64,000 nucleotides of DNA, from contig JAAOMT010000012.1 in NCBI GenBank assembly GCA_016748015.1, forward strand, positions 175,583 to 239,582. Direction: 5' to 3'. This document shows, piece after piece, positions 1 to 13,144 of this stretch. Position 1 is the stretch's first letter; the number at the start of each line of letters is the position of its first letter. A model generated the notes under the pieces. The model worked only from the letters and a program-made list of their open reading frames with translations. It made no database searches and was not told where the DNA came from. Both the position numbers and the translations under genes were made by a program. Origin of the DNA: Geosiphon pyriformis uo1 (Eukaryota; Fungi; Glomeromycota).

Positions 1-510
1 ACTTGGAAATGAGTCCTCAACAGGCTGGACGGTTATCCATATGATGACCATGAAATCTAAAGAATGGCAAGTGCCAAGGCCGAAAACGCCATGCCCGAAG
101 AAATACAAGAAATTAAGGACAACCCTTGGATGCCCAAATATAATGAACCTGACTACCCCGAGAATGATTTCTTCACAGATGACCCAGACACATTTCAGAA
201 CTGATATCAGGAATTGGCCCCAACTCACGAAAAACAGGAGCAAAGGTTGGCCGATTTGAATACCAAACTGTGTGATCACTATTTGATCCCCTGTCATTTC
301 CAGTACTGCAACAAATGTGATCTTATGTTCAATCTGTCTCCAAGAATACTGTTTCCAATCACCAAACTACCTGAACCCGAAGAAGAGGTATTGATTACCG
401 AGGACATGTCATTTCAAGATCCAACTGAGGATACTGAAACAGAACAGTATCTCGCGTATTCTGACCTATCCAAAAAACTAGAGCTAAAATGGTATAGTGA
501 CAACGAGGAA

Positions 511-912
511 GGAATCTGCCCTAAAAAAACACATGACACCAATGCCAGTTTTGACCTACAATACCCTGGACAATGATCCATTATTATAGCCCCACATTTC
601 CTCGTAAAAATAGATCTTAAGATAGCGTTAGAAATTCTTGTTAGTACAATGGTACAAGTTGCCTTTCGATCTAGTCTAGCCAAGAAAGGAATCGACGTAA
701 AAGGAGGAATTATCGATGCTGGTTACACAGGAAACATTATTGTAATACTACAGAACAATTCGGACAGACTCTACAAAATAGAATCACAAGAAAAGATTGT
801 CCAAGCTATCTTCCTACCCATAGTTAAAATATCCCAATTAACCCTGGTAACAATCTGAGAAGAATTAGGCCTTACTGCCTGAAGAATCAACGGATTTGGA
901 TCAAGTGAAAAA
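511..912 (+). pseudogene. dUTPase domain of Gypsy A pol
   Basis: Motifs ASFDL (motif 1), RSSLA (2), GGIIDAGYTG (3), IVQ (4) and GFGS (5) across ORFs 214..576 and 649..858; in-frame stops present. Confidence 0.9.
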
Positions 913-1536
913 GGAAACATACCAGTTAATTTCATGGAGGAAAACAGTAACCAGGTAGAATTTATTAACACTGATACCATCATCTCCATTCCCCCATACC
1001 GACAATACATCCTTAAGGTGAATTGAAAGATCCAAGATCAAGTCCTGTTATTTGAAGCCAGTTCCGAAATCTGTTCCCTAGCCAATGTTGCTAATCTATA
1101 CCTACTGGCCAAAGCCCATAAACACTTCAAAATCCTCATCCACAATCCAATAGAAGATGTTATTGAAATCCCTAAAGAGACCTTCGTCAGTTCCATATCC
1201 ACAGATATTCAGAATTCTAAAAAATCCCAGTCTATTCCAGATTTTGCACAATTATTCTTATTCTGTGACATTACCTCACAAGTATGGAATTTGCCAAAAG
1301 AAAGTTACTTGTTCACACCAGAAGAGATCAATAAATTGAATTTAGGAAATTTAAGTACCCTGCAACAAATGCAATTCAAAGTCTTTCTGAATCAGTATGC
1401 TGATGTCTTTGCAAGTGAAAATGAGTTTGGACACACTGACATTGTGAAGCATCAGATTGATACAGGAGACACTCGACTGATTAAGCAATGAGCTTACCGT
1501 GTACCCCCATTTGACAATAACCTAATTAAGCAAGAA

Positions 1537-2736
1537 ATGCAACGGATGCTTGATAACGGCCTAATTAAAGAATTATTAAGCCCTTGGTCCTCTCCAGTAG
1601 TCTTGGTTACCAAGAAAAATGGAAAAGTGCAATTCTGCGTAGATTATCAAAAACTAAATAGCATCACGCGAGAAGATAGTTATCCCACTCCCCTCATCCA
1701 GGAAATTCTGGGCAATCTAGGAAAAAAAAAATGGTTCTCATTATTAGATTTAGCAAGTGGTTACTGGCAAGTTGAAATAGACCCCAAAGACAAAGAAAAA
1801 ACAGCGTTTACCACTCAAGATAGAAACTTCAAGTTTAACATAATGCCTTTTGGACTTTGTAATGCTTCTGCCACATTTCAATGTCTGATAGATGTAGTAT
1901 ACAAAGGAATCCTTTGGAAATCAGTAGTAGTCTACCTAAATAACACAAACATATTCTCCGAAACATTCAATGACCATCTGCTCCACCTGCAACAAGTCTT
2001 CGAATGCTTTCGTAGTGCTGGATTGAAACTCAATCCCAAGAAGTGCTTCTTTGGAAAAACCGAGTTAAAATTCCTAAGACATGTAATTGGCAAGGACGGA
2101 GTTAAATCCGATCCAAATAAAGTACAAAAAGTCAAGGATTTTCTAGTCCCAATCAACCTCAAAGAATTACGAAGATTTCTAGAATTGGCAAGATATTATT
2201 GTCAATTTGTCAAAGATTTCTCGAACATCACAAAACCACTTCATCAATTGTTGTCCAAATATGTACTGTACTTGTGGAAGGAAGATTAACAGAAAGCATT
2301 CGACTATCTCAAGCAGCAATTGATCACATCTTCAATCCTGATTTATCCAGATTTCACTAAATGGTTCATTGTCACTACGGACACCTCGAAAAATGCTCTA
2401 GGAGCAGTCTTATTACAGATAGGACTGGACAATAGAAAACACCCAGTTGCCTACACTAGTCGCAGTACCAGCCCAGCAGAAAAGAATTACAGCACAACAG
2501 ATCTGGAATGTCTCGCCATTTATTGGGCCATACAGACTTGGAAACATTACCTCAGTTAACCATTTGACCTATATACCAACCACAAAGGACTTATTTGGTT
2601 ACTTAACAATCCACAACTAGAAGGAAAATATGCAATATGGAGTACTTATCTGCAACAATTCCCACTCAAAGTCGATTACAAGGAAGGATCCAAGAACACC
2701 AATGCCGACAGTTTGTCAAGGATGCCACAAACCTAA
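1537..2736 (+). pseudogene. Reverse transcriptase + RNase H of Gypsy A
   Basis: SPWSSPVVLV.KK.G...FCVDY..LN, LDLASGYWQ, MPFGLCNA, YLNN (YLDD after G>A), TDTS..ALGAVL, NYSTTDLECLAI, ending NADSLSR; stops present. Confidence 0.95.
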
Positions 2737-2746
2737 TCCCAGACCC

Positions 2747-3750
2747 ATGGACACACTCATTTATCAATGACTATATCAGTACCTATTGACACTATGTTTC
2801 AAGGAGATATTATCTCAACAAAAACAAAGTACCATATGAAAACAAGCCCAAAATTATTTTATTCAAGACAACCAACTATATCGACGAGAACGCTGAAACC
2901 ACTCCAACCCACAATGACTAATCAAGGACAGTGAAAGAGAAACTATACTATATAGCGTGCACTCAGATCTGACTGCAGGACACTTTAACAAAGATGCTAC
3001 CCTTGAAAGAACACTAAACTTATACTATTGGCCAACAATGTACAAAGACATTTTCAAATACATGCTCAATTGTGACATATGTCAGTAAAGAGAAGAAGCA
3101 AGATCAACAGAACCACTTCGACCCATTCCAATTGGAAATCCATTTGATAGAATTGGGATCAACTTGGTTGGACTTCTTTCAATTACATCCCAAAAAAATC
3201 GCTATATTGCTATAGCCATAGACTATCTTACAAAATGGCCAGAAGCCAGAGCAATCCAAGTGGCCAACGCCAAAACAGTAGCCGAATTTGTGCATCAAGA
3301 CCTAATTTGCCAACATGGATGTCTGAAAGAATTATTATTTGATCAGGAAACACACTTTGTTAATAATACGCTGACTGAACTAAGCCAACAGTTTGAAATA
3401 AAGAGACCCTTATTATCACCATATCATCCACAAATGAATGGACTGGTAGAATGATTTGACAGAACACTGTGCGAAGCACTAGCAAAAATAAGTCATGAAA
3501 ACAAACAAGAATGGGACTTATTCATACCTTCTGTACTCTTTGCATACCGAACATTAAAACAAAATACGACTCAGTTCACACCGTTCAAACTAGTCTATGA
3601 AAGAAAAGCAATGTTACTGATTAAATGAGTGATATCATCATACCCAACAGAAACAATTAATGAAGAAAATTTTGAAGCTATCTTATACCAAAGAATGTAC
3701 CAGCTAATGGAAATGTTGGAAAACAATCAAACATTACATGAACAAAGCCA
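2747..3750 (+). pseudogene. Integrase of Gypsy A (own ATG, 3'-truncated)
   Basis: H-x5-GH...YYWP...C-D-I-C zinc finger, IDYLTKWPEA, DQETHF, SPYHPQMNGLVE. Lacks the GPY/F module and nearly all of the extra 3' ORF seen in relatives. Confidence 0.9.
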
Positions 3751-3805
3751 TGATAACAGATACATATGGTTTTGCAGGAGCTCAATTTTAAAAAAAGAGG
3801 GATAA

Positions 3806-4869
3806 TGTTATCTAAGTAGAAAAACCAATCTAAAGTTATGAAAAAATGTAACCAAAACGTGACATAACACAGAATAATGCACAATAATATTGGATAATGT
3901 GTTATAACATAGGATAACGTGTTATAACACAAGATAATACAGAATAGTGCGCAATAACATAGAATAACATGTTATAATGTAGAATAATACAGAATAATAT
4001 GTAATAACGTCAGATAATGTGTTATAACATAGGATAACTAGTGATAATGTAGAAAAACAAAGCAATAACAGAAACAACAAAGCAATAGCTAGCAATAGCA
4101 AAACAATTGAAAGCAATCCTGTAAAACCAAAAGAATATATAAAAGCAAGTAGTTGTAGAAGTAAGAAAAGACAAACAGATAGATACAAACCTCTAAACAA
4201 GAATTAAATATCCATATCTCTTTATCCTTTATTATCTTCCCTATTTCATCTCCTGAAATAAACCAATTATTAAAAAGAAATCAGAATCATGAATTTATGT
4301 TCTCGAACTTCATGGAATTTACGTGAATTAACCCTTGTCTCATACCTCCATTCTAGAACAGATGCTATTAGCATAACTGTCTTGAACTTATTAATGATTT
4401 GGACCAATCACTCTTGATCACAGTGATTGACGATACTAATTTATCTTTTTTTTTTCTTTTTTTTTCTTTTTTTGTCTTATTTTTGTGGAGCAGCAACATA
4501 GTAAAATTGACTGTCTGGGAATAGACTTCGTGATAGCCTGGTAAAAAAGAGAAGCTCCCCCTAAGTTTTGGATATTAACATTATCTTGTTAGCTTACCAG
4601 AAGGGTGAAAAGACAATGCCAGATCCTAACAACTGCGCTTGTTAGCTCGAAGAAGAAAGCTCACATTTACAAAAAACATTGTAATCAATGAAAAACAAAC
4701 TCTGTGCCTTATAACCAAAAAACTCAATGGGTAAATTCACATCCAGGAATAGACCTTCAGAGACTGATAATTAAGACTAAGCTAACAGAATTACGCGGAA
4801 GATACATCATCCATAATTGAGAGCACCAAACATTACTATTTCCCATACCCATCAAGTTTATCTGTAACA
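3806..4869 (+). repeat. 3' LTR of Gypsy A (~1064 bp) containing a 10-bp-period ATAAC/ATAAT array (~3862-4050)
   Basis: Directly follows the PPT; TGTTA...TAACA termini. Confidence 0.8.
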
Positions 4870-5079
4870 ATGCTTTTTATAATCCAAACATAATCATGCA
4901 GAATGGAGATTTGGACCTAGACTCAACATATCATGTTTTAAAAATACTAATTATAAATGGTAATGCACCCAACCCAATGTAAACAAAACTGTACACAATA
5001 CAATATATTTCTAACTTCTTGAAGAATATTTATTAAGCTGTCACACAATTAACTTGATAAGCTTTGAAAACATGATCAC

Positions 5080-6030
5080 TTAAAAGAGGTATTAGAAAGT
5101 TAATAATAGATAATAGTTGTGATTTTATTAACAGATTTATATTTTTTAATAATTTGCTTCTTTACTTATTACTGGAATTGGTTTCCAAGTACCTAACAAT
5201 GTTTTCTTAATTTGTCTTGTTTTAAAAAAGTCTATTCTTTTCATTCGTGCAATTTTACTGAATTTTTTTATTTCTTCACTTAATATCCATTTATGGCTAA
5301 TATCACAAAAAACACAATTAGAGACATTTGGATTTACAAACTGTGTCTTTCTTATCTGAACTTGAAATCAATTTGATTCAGCAATAAAGCTAGGATGTAT
5401 ATGAGACCTGTATATTTTACTTTTAGAATATCCAATAACATTAAAAAAGTTAGTATGCAATCTCTCAAATTTGATACAGTTATGTGCTGCAATTTCTCAA
5501 TGCCATTGTAAAAATGTAGAAGGAATCAATAATTTGAGCATTTTCTTAATTTTTTCAAGTATTGCATCATGGCCTTAATGTTAATTTAAAAGTTTAGATT
5601 GAGAAATTACAATTCTTTCTTGAATCAGCTTGCAAACTTCAGACTTCAATTATAGTCATTGTTCTTTATCAGCAATTTCAATTAATTGGTAAATAAAATA
5701 GTGCCAAGCAGACCAAATTGGTACAAACATTTGTCTAACTGCAAGTCTTAATAAAGACCTATTGAAACAAACTCCAATGGAAAATTTAATAATTGCTTGT
5801 AAATAAAAAAAGACTTGTTTATACTTTAACCTGAATGTAGAATCTATTTCATTTTGAGTCCATTCTAAGTAACCTTCAACAGATGAATTTTCCTTAGAAA
5901 CAATATATGGTCATATTAATTTAGAAGCTATTGCATGCCTATATATATTACATATCAAATTCTACGACTTATAATGATCAGAACATTTTTTAAAAAACTG
6001 CAGTTGACTTTCATTCCAATATTCCTAACA
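5080..6030 (-). pseudogene. Degenerate transposon-associated protein (DUF6589-like)
   Basis: Manual minus-strand translation through stops gives CSDHYKS*...RHAIASKLI*PY...YLEW...MFVPIWSAW...YQLIE...GHDAILEKIKK...KRIDFFK. Family call is from remembered motif similarity only. Confidence 0.45.
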
Positions 6031-6212
6031 TTATGTAAAGTATTTTATATTGATATTTCAATTGATATAAGTATTGCTGTGTTTAGAAGGCTTGACAACA
6101 TGACATTGTATTATTTTCTATGTGATTATGCAAGTATGTGAAGAATCAAATTAACAGTCTTCATTATTGATTATCAGTTGGGATTAAGAGGCAAAAAGTG
6201 TTGTAAATGCAT

Positions 6213-6854
6213 TGTTACGATTGAAACACATAGTTTTTATTAATTATCACATGTATTAGCCACTAATGTCATATAATTAGCCACCCTATTTTTAGATAGT
6301 AATCATTGATCTGATCATTAACCTGGTCATTGACCACTTTAGATAGCTATATAAATGATGATTCCCTTAGCTGTAAAAAGACATGATCAAAGTAATAAAA
6401 TAAACAATATCAATTACTTCTTTTCATAATTGCTTATTCCTCTTTTCTTATCTTCAAGTATCTACTTGTTGGCATTCACATATCTTATCTTTTCTCCTTC
6501 TTGATTTGTATTTGTTAGAATTAACCTGAAAAGCAATTGGCTTGCTCTTGTAATTCATTGAATAAAGAAACAATTGAAAAGTACAACAATACCTGTTATT
6601 GATTCTAAGAATCACCGAGTTGAGGCATAAAATAATAGCAGTGGTGTTATCTTGTTGACAATCACGGACTATTCCTCTACCTTCAGATTTAAGAAAAGAC
6701 TAGCGACTGTGATTTTTATGAGACTGATCACACATCTTGAATTCCTATTTATTCAATTCGCTCCCTTATTGTAATTTTTTCTTTGTTTATTTCCATTGCC
6801 ATACAATACTGTTTTCTTTTGCTATTTGTTAGCTTGTTACTCCAACCCATAACA
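6213..6854. mobile_element. Solo LTR (642 bp) of a family not seen elsewhere in the window
   Basis: TGTTACG...CATAACA inverted termini and a perfect 4-bp TSD GCAT (6209-6212, 6855-6858); internal TATAAA and AATAAA. Confidence 0.8.
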
Positions 6855-7093
6855 GCATTATCAAAATTAGGTTTTTTTTTACTGAGAATTTGTGATTTGC
6901 ACTTAGAATCCTACAGTTGTATTAAAACCTTCATTTTTATAATTTGGCTGCTTTTTATAATCTGAGGCACCTCATATGACATAAGACACTTCACATGTCC
7001 AATTAGATATAAGGCAAAATAATGTTTGAGACATAACAGATATATCAATGCATTATAAAAGCAAAATGCAATAAAAAGTGTGTTCTTATTAAC

Positions 7094-8648
7094 ATGCCAA
7101 AAAATGTGAACCAAAAGCGAGCAGCAATCTCCTTGGAGACTAAAAAAGCTCTCTGTCAGTACAAACTAAAGCATTCTAATTACTCAACAAATAGACTTAT
7201 TAAAATATTTAATCTAAAGATTGACTGCTCTACAAAAATACTCACAAAATCAGACCAATGAATTGAAAAAAATGTATTTGGCAACTTTGGTCAATTGACA
7301 AAGGACAAGAAAGAGATGTTTCTAAAGATAAATAATGCATTGAGAGAATGAATGCTTGGAGCACTAACTACCAACTGCATTCTTACTGGAAAAATTTTAC
7401 AAATAAAAGCTCTCAAGTTTGCTGAAAAGTTTTCAGAAGAAAATAACTTTAAAACATCAAATAGTTGGTTAGAAAAGTTCAAGAAACATCATAATTTGCA
7501 TCATATTAAGATGTATAGCAAAGCAAATAGTATCCTCTTGGAAATTTTACCAGAAGAATGAGAAAAACTGCATGAGATTATTAGCAAATATGATCTAAAT
7601 AATGTTTACAATACTGATAAGACAGCATTATTCTTTAAAATGCCACCAAATACAACTTTGGCAACAAAATTTACTTCTGGAACCAAGCGTGATAAGAGTC
7701 AAATTACTATACTTCTTGCTTATAATGCAACAGGTAGCATCAAGTTGCAGCTTTTAATTATCGGTAAAGCTGCAAAGCCATAATGTTTTTGCAATATTAA
7801 TATAAATACACTTTCAATCACTTATTATTACAATACAAAAGCATAAATGCAAACTGATATTTTTAGTGAATGACTTAATTTATTAAATGAAGAAATGTGT
7901 TACAAGAAAAAAAAGATTTTACTATTGCTTAATAATGCTGGTTTTTATGGTAAAAAATCTTTAGTATTATCTAATATTATAATTAAATACCTACTATCCA
8001 ATACAACATCCCATTTGCAACCATTAGATGCAAAAATTATTACATCTTTTAAGACACAATACTAAAAGTTGTTTCTTTTCCATCTTATTAATCAGTATGA
8101 TGGCAAAATTCCAATATCAACAGTAACATTAAAGGATGTGATTGACTTTCTAATTGATGTATAGTCAATGGTAACAACAACTACAATTCAAAACTGTTGG
8201 CATTATACGGAAATTCTAAATAATAGTTAAATGCCAGCCCATCCATTAGATATTAAACAAAAACTCCTACAAGAAGTACAAGTTCTTATTGAGCATGTTG
8301 ATATTGACAAGCTATTGGCAATAGATTTTATTAATATTGACAAGTTTGAACATTATTCACTTATGCCTCAGAGAATAAAATTATGGATCTTATTAACAAC
8401 AAGTATAGTGGAAATTCTAATATAAATGAAGATTTAGAAAGTAAAAATGAAGATAAATCTTTGTCTTTGCTATCTACATATTAAGATTAAAACTGTATTT
8501 GAAAATACATTGCACTATTGTGAAGAGCAGTATAATAAAAAAGTTGATTCAAACTTTTTTAAAACTTTGAAAACATTAATTCATAATACTGTTCTCAAAG
8601 TTTAAGAAAAGAAAAAACAGTTGCAAATAAATAGCTTTTTTAAATAAA
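7094..8648 (+). pseudogene. pogo/Tigger-type transposase (CENP-B HTH + DDE_1)
   Basis: ILTGKILQIKALKFA..FKTSNSWLEKFKKHHNL (HTH); VYNTDKTALFF, ITILLAYNATG, LLLLNNAG, NTTSHLQPLDA (DDE_1); many stops. Candidate right TIR ends ...GTTCACTG+TA at 8788-8790; left TIR not found. Confidence 0.9.
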
Positions 8649-9113
8649 ATATATATAATTGGTTATTATATTATGCATGTAATATATAGATCATGTGATA
8701 AGATATTAATTATTTTTTATAGTCTCATCTTTCTATAGTCATCACAAATGTGCTGATCAAAAGATGTGATTATAAAGAAAGTTCACTGTATACTTCTTTC
8801 TTATTGGTTATTTTTCTACTTATTATGATTTTTATTTTTATAAGTAATAATAAAGTGAGTAGAAAAGAAAATTTGAATACAATATAAAAACTTTTACAAA
8901 ATATTATAATTGTATTAGTTGATAAAGCATTTTCTAAACATTAGTATAGTAAAACCAAATGTTTTTCTAATAAACAATTATCAAAATTTTACAAATTAGA
9001 ATTGCTTGTTACCAAATTGGTAAAATTTTTTAAGTTTGATAATATGTCTAAAACTAATTCTTTGTTTTATGCTTAATTAGTTTTTAATATAAAAAGAATT
9101 TTTAAAATGTAAA

Positions 9114-9602
9114 TTTTTTTTTATCATTTAATAAGTAAAACCCAAATGTCATCTAGTATAATATATTAAACTAAGTGATCTAAACTAGGTGCAAATTATG
9201 TATTTTTTATACATAACTAGTCACTTAGGCCAATTAAAGCAACACTATAGAACTATCTTAATAGATACTATATTATTAGTTCCAAAAAAAACTGCAAGGC
9301 TTGTGAAAACCAAAACTAATATCATGTGTTTCCACAATACCAAATAATTTAACAACACTATTAAAAAGTAGTGATGAAAACTCATAGATCTTTAGAGGCA
9401 CCAAACTATTACTTATAATTAAACTTTTTTTTTCCATAATTACTCTAAATCTAGCTCTTATTAACCATATCTCTATTTAATAAGCCACTCTCAAATCTCT
9501 TATCAAGTCAATAATTAACTTGCCAGCAATTTTAGTACAGCCAAAAATAGACAAAGTTTCTGAATACTAATATTTAAAAACAAAGTTTTTGTACAAAGCT
9601 GT
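9114..9602 (-). mobile_element. LINE 3' end (ORF2 C-terminus, 3' UTR, poly-A)
   Basis: Minus strand reads ALYKNFVFK...EIWLIRARFRVIMEKK...ISFGFHKPC, then a conserved tail and an A-run (T-run near 9114-9122). Confidence 0.7.
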
Positions 9603-10504
9603 TGTTACAGATAATTATTTAGGGTGTTAAAACAAATAACAAACTTATAACTTGGTGCTTAATTGCTATAATAGTGGTAATTTCTGAAGATTTTTATGGT
9701 CTGAAGATTTTGGGTTGAGTCTTTTGTATAATAAACAGAGATTTAAGTATTGTTTTATTCATAGCTTTTCAGAATCACAATTTTGTCAAATTTTTTTCTC
9801 TGCATAATGGCCAGTAATCTTTCTGGTAAGCTATTTTTAATTATAAGTGTTCTATCTTTGTTTTATGAGTCTTTTACCAGTTCTTTTGACATCAGTAATT
9901 CTGTACATTAATCTTTAATCAATTAGTAAATAATAACAAAACAAAAAAGAAAAAAATAAATAAAGAAATAAGTCAAAGCAAGAAAGAGTTAATATCTTAT
10001 CAATAGTTGTGATTAAGAACTATTGGTCTAGTATAATTAAGTATCAACAATTATCAACATAAATTTGTTAATAGTGGAAAGATAAATTGTAATAATAACA
10101 AGTATTTTATTAATATTTGATGTTTTCACTTTAAGTTATAGAATACTATCATATAAAAAGATAGATATGAAATGAAACTGATGGTTCTAAACTAAAGATT
10201 TTGTCTTTTCTGCTTTTAATACTACCACTATATATAAATAAATTTTATTGTACAAGATTCCTTGAATTTCTTAATTTTCTAACTAGAATTTCTGGAATTT
10301 CTGAAATTTTGGAATTTCTGGAATCCTGTAATTTCTTGAAAAAAATTCTGGGATTCTGGAATCTTGCAATTCTTTATACAAAAATCTTATAATTCTGAAA
10401 TCCTGCAATTCCTCTTAGAAAAATTCTGGAATTCTACTTTTATTACACCTATTATAATTAGCTAATTTATGTACTAATATAATTTTTATATTCTATAAGT
10501 AACA
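9603..10504 (-). repeat. LTR with 9-bp GGAATTYCT U3 array (10255-10435)
   Basis: TGTTACAG...TAACA termini; R/U5 homologous to the LTRs at 42283 and 30074; same subfamily as 13145-13956. Confidence 0.85.
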
Positions 10505-11271
10505 CTAATTTATTTTAGCAGTCATGTTTTTTTGATAAGCTATTTGTAAATTTTTTAAATTTTATATCCTTCCTTTGGAGTTTTTTATTAAACTATTTTT
10601 AATGTCAATTACTTAGTGCTTAATTTTTTCAATCAGTTAATAAATCAACAAACAACAAAAAAATAAAAGAAATAAAAGAAAATAAAGAAAATAAGAAAAG
10701 AAAATAAAAATTAATATCTTGTTAATAGCTATAATCAAGAGCTATTGTTTCAGTGTGGTTAAGTGTTGGATTTTATTAACATGGAATATTGATAAAGTAG
10801 AAATAATTAGTATTTTTTAATTAAGTGGTAATAATATGGATTCAAGTAGTAATTGATAATTTATTAATAAGTAATATGGATTTTGAACTGCTTTTAACTG
10901 CTTCTTAACTGGAAATTCTAACTGTGTATTTTAGCTATAAAGTTTAGCTATTCATCAATTCTGTTTTTTCTGCTTTTAACACTCTTACTATATATATATA
11001 ATTGATATTTTACAAGATCTTACACATTTGTAAGCAATGTGCTTTAATTTTTTGAGCAATGTTTACATTGCTGAATGATATGCCTTAATCTATTGACATT
11101 GCTTATATTGTTAAGCAATATGTCATAATTCACTGATATAGCTCTTATTGCTAAGCAATGTGTCATAATTCATCAGCAATGTGCTTATATGCTCAATACT
11201 ATTTTTTTATTGGTCTATTTTCCTATCTGTTTTTCCTATTATTTCTTTTATACTTTTTTTTATGAGTAACA
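10505..11271 (-). repeat. Truncated LTR (palindromic-array U3 type)
   Basis: Homologous to 11572-12593 but lacks its U5 end; ends ...ATGAGTAACA. Confidence 0.85.
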
Positions 11272-11571
11272 CTGTCATTTTTCTTATAGTTAAAGCTGGT
11301 TTTTTTAATCAAATACTTTTTTTTCATATTAACACTGTTAGACTTGATAGTGTTACCAGCTTTTGAATTTCATAAATAATTATTTAGTTTTTTAGCAGAA
11401 ATCTTTTTGTTACTAATACTGTCTTTTAAAGTACCACTTCTTTTTTTTTTCTAAATAAGACAGGTTTAATACTGATATTAAAACCAAAATTCTTAAAAGT
11501 CTTTTTCATAATAGTAATACTAGAGCCAATAGTGGCTTTGTAATCAAGCAAAAATAATTTGAATTTATTGT
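11272..11571 (-). mobile_element. LINE ORF1 N-terminal fragment
   Basis: Minus strand reads IGSSITIMKKTFKNFG..IKPVLFRKKK...GNTIKSNSVNMKKKYLIKKTSFNY, resembling the LINE ORF1 starts I recall from this lineage. Confidence 0.55.
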
Positions 11572-12593
11572 TGTTATAAGTAATTATTTGAGATGTTAAT
11601 GTAAATAACAAACTTGTAATTTGGTGTTCAATAACTGGTACAGTTAATAATATTTAAAAGTTTTGGTATTTGAAAATTTTAGTTAAGTTCTTTGTATAAT
11701 AAACAGAAATTCAATGCTGATATCTTGTTGTAATGTTTCTAATTTTTTTTCCAACTCTTGAGTTGGTATGCTTTAGTATCCATAGTTTCCCAGAATGTCT
11801 ATTCTGTTAATTTTTTTTTTAGCTTAATAACTAATATCTTCTGATAAGTTATCTTCAATTTTGAATGTCTACTCTTATTCTTGAGTCTTTTATCAATTTT
11901 TTTTAACATTAGTACTCCATGCATTAATCCTTTAATCAGTTAGCAAATTAATAAAACAACAAATAAAATAAAATAAAATAAAAAAAAAAAATAAAAAAAA
12001 AAATAAAAAAAAAATTAATATCTCATTAATAGCCATGATCAAAAGTTATTGTTTTAATATGGTTAAGTATTGGATTTTATTAACATAAAATGTTAATAGA
12101 GTAGATATAATTAATATTTCTTAATTAAGTAATGATAACATAGATTCAAGTAGTAATTGATATTTTATTGATAAATAATTTAATTCTGCTTCAAGTTGTA
12201 GAAAACTACCTTTTAAAAAAAAAATAAGATATAATTAATGTGTCAAGTATTAATTCTGAACTGGATTCTAACTGGAAATTCTGTCTTTTCTGTTTCTAAT
12301 ACTCTTGCTATATATACATAATTAATGTTCTATAAGATTTCATATATTTATGAGCAATGTGTCATTATTTCTTAAACAATATTTACATTGTTAAGCAGTG
12401 TATTCTAATTTACTGACATTGTTTATATTGTTAAGCAATATGTTTTAATTTATTGATATTGTTTATATTGCTAAGCAATGTGCCATAATTCACTAGCAAT
12501 ATATTCACATACTTAATATTATTCTCTTATTGGTCTATTTTCCCTATCTGTTTTTTCTACTATTTTTTTTGTATTTTTTTTCTATGAGTAATA
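11572..12593 (-). mobile_element. Solo LTR
   Basis: TGTTA...TAATA termini and a perfect 4-bp TSD TTGT (11568-11571, 12594-12597). Confidence 0.9.
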
Positions 12594-12659
12594 TTGTATT
12601 AAATGGTAAAAAACTTCTTTTAAAAAACCTATATGACTTTTTTTTAGGAATTTAGGACA

Positions 12660-13144
12660 AAAAAAAGAAAAAAGTTTTGTTATTAATACAAATTATGATT
12701 TAAAGTAGTGCCAAAACAATAAATATTTTTGGCTGTTTCTTTAGAATCAGAAAAAAATATTACAAATCCAAAATATATGAATTTAAGACTATTAAGGCAA
12801 CTACTATTAAGTGTATAATTGAGAAAAAGATGGAAAATTTTTGTTTAAATAAAAACTATATAATTAAGAGTATATTAAAAAACTCTTTTACAAAGTAGTA
12901 TTAAATTATTTAATGATTGATGAAAAACTGGTATTGAAACTTGATAAAATTAAATTCAATATTAATATTATTATGAAGAGTTGGACAAAAAATACATAGT
13001 CTTTGAAAGACTCTTAAAGCTTTAGACTAATTAGTATGCTTTTTTAAGTTATATTAATAATACTGTCTTTTTAAATATTATAAACATTATTAGTTTTGAG
13101 AAATTGGTTTAAATAATAAAAAATTTGCCAAATAAAAAGACTAC
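12660..13144 (+). mobile_element. LINE ORF2 fragment (region just upstream of RT), heavily mutated
   Basis: Decayed IEKKMENFCLNKNYIIKSIL...KVVLNYLMIDEKLVLKLDKIK...IMKSWTK...VISFEKLV*IIKNLPNKKT, the typical pre-RT 'LPxxKAxG' segment. Confidence 0.65.

Larger units (their letters stand above)
1..4869 (+). mobile_element. Ty3/Gypsy LTR retrotransposon A (3' half; 5' part outside window), dUTPase-bearing, degenerate
   Basis: Ordered dUTPase-RT-RNaseH-integrase remnants, then a PPT (AAAAAAAGAGGGATAA, 3790-3805) and an LTR bounded by TGTTA (3806) ... TAACA (4869). Confidence 0.93.

Noticed and set aside
10255-10435. Heat-shock element array (TTCnnGAA)
   Set aside because: The period is 9 bp rather than the 10 bp needed for contiguous inverted nGAAn units; only dimers are present.
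11272-11295. PPT next to the LTR ending at 11271
   Set aside because: The sequence reads as LINE ORF1 on the minus strand, and this is the LTR's insertion flank.
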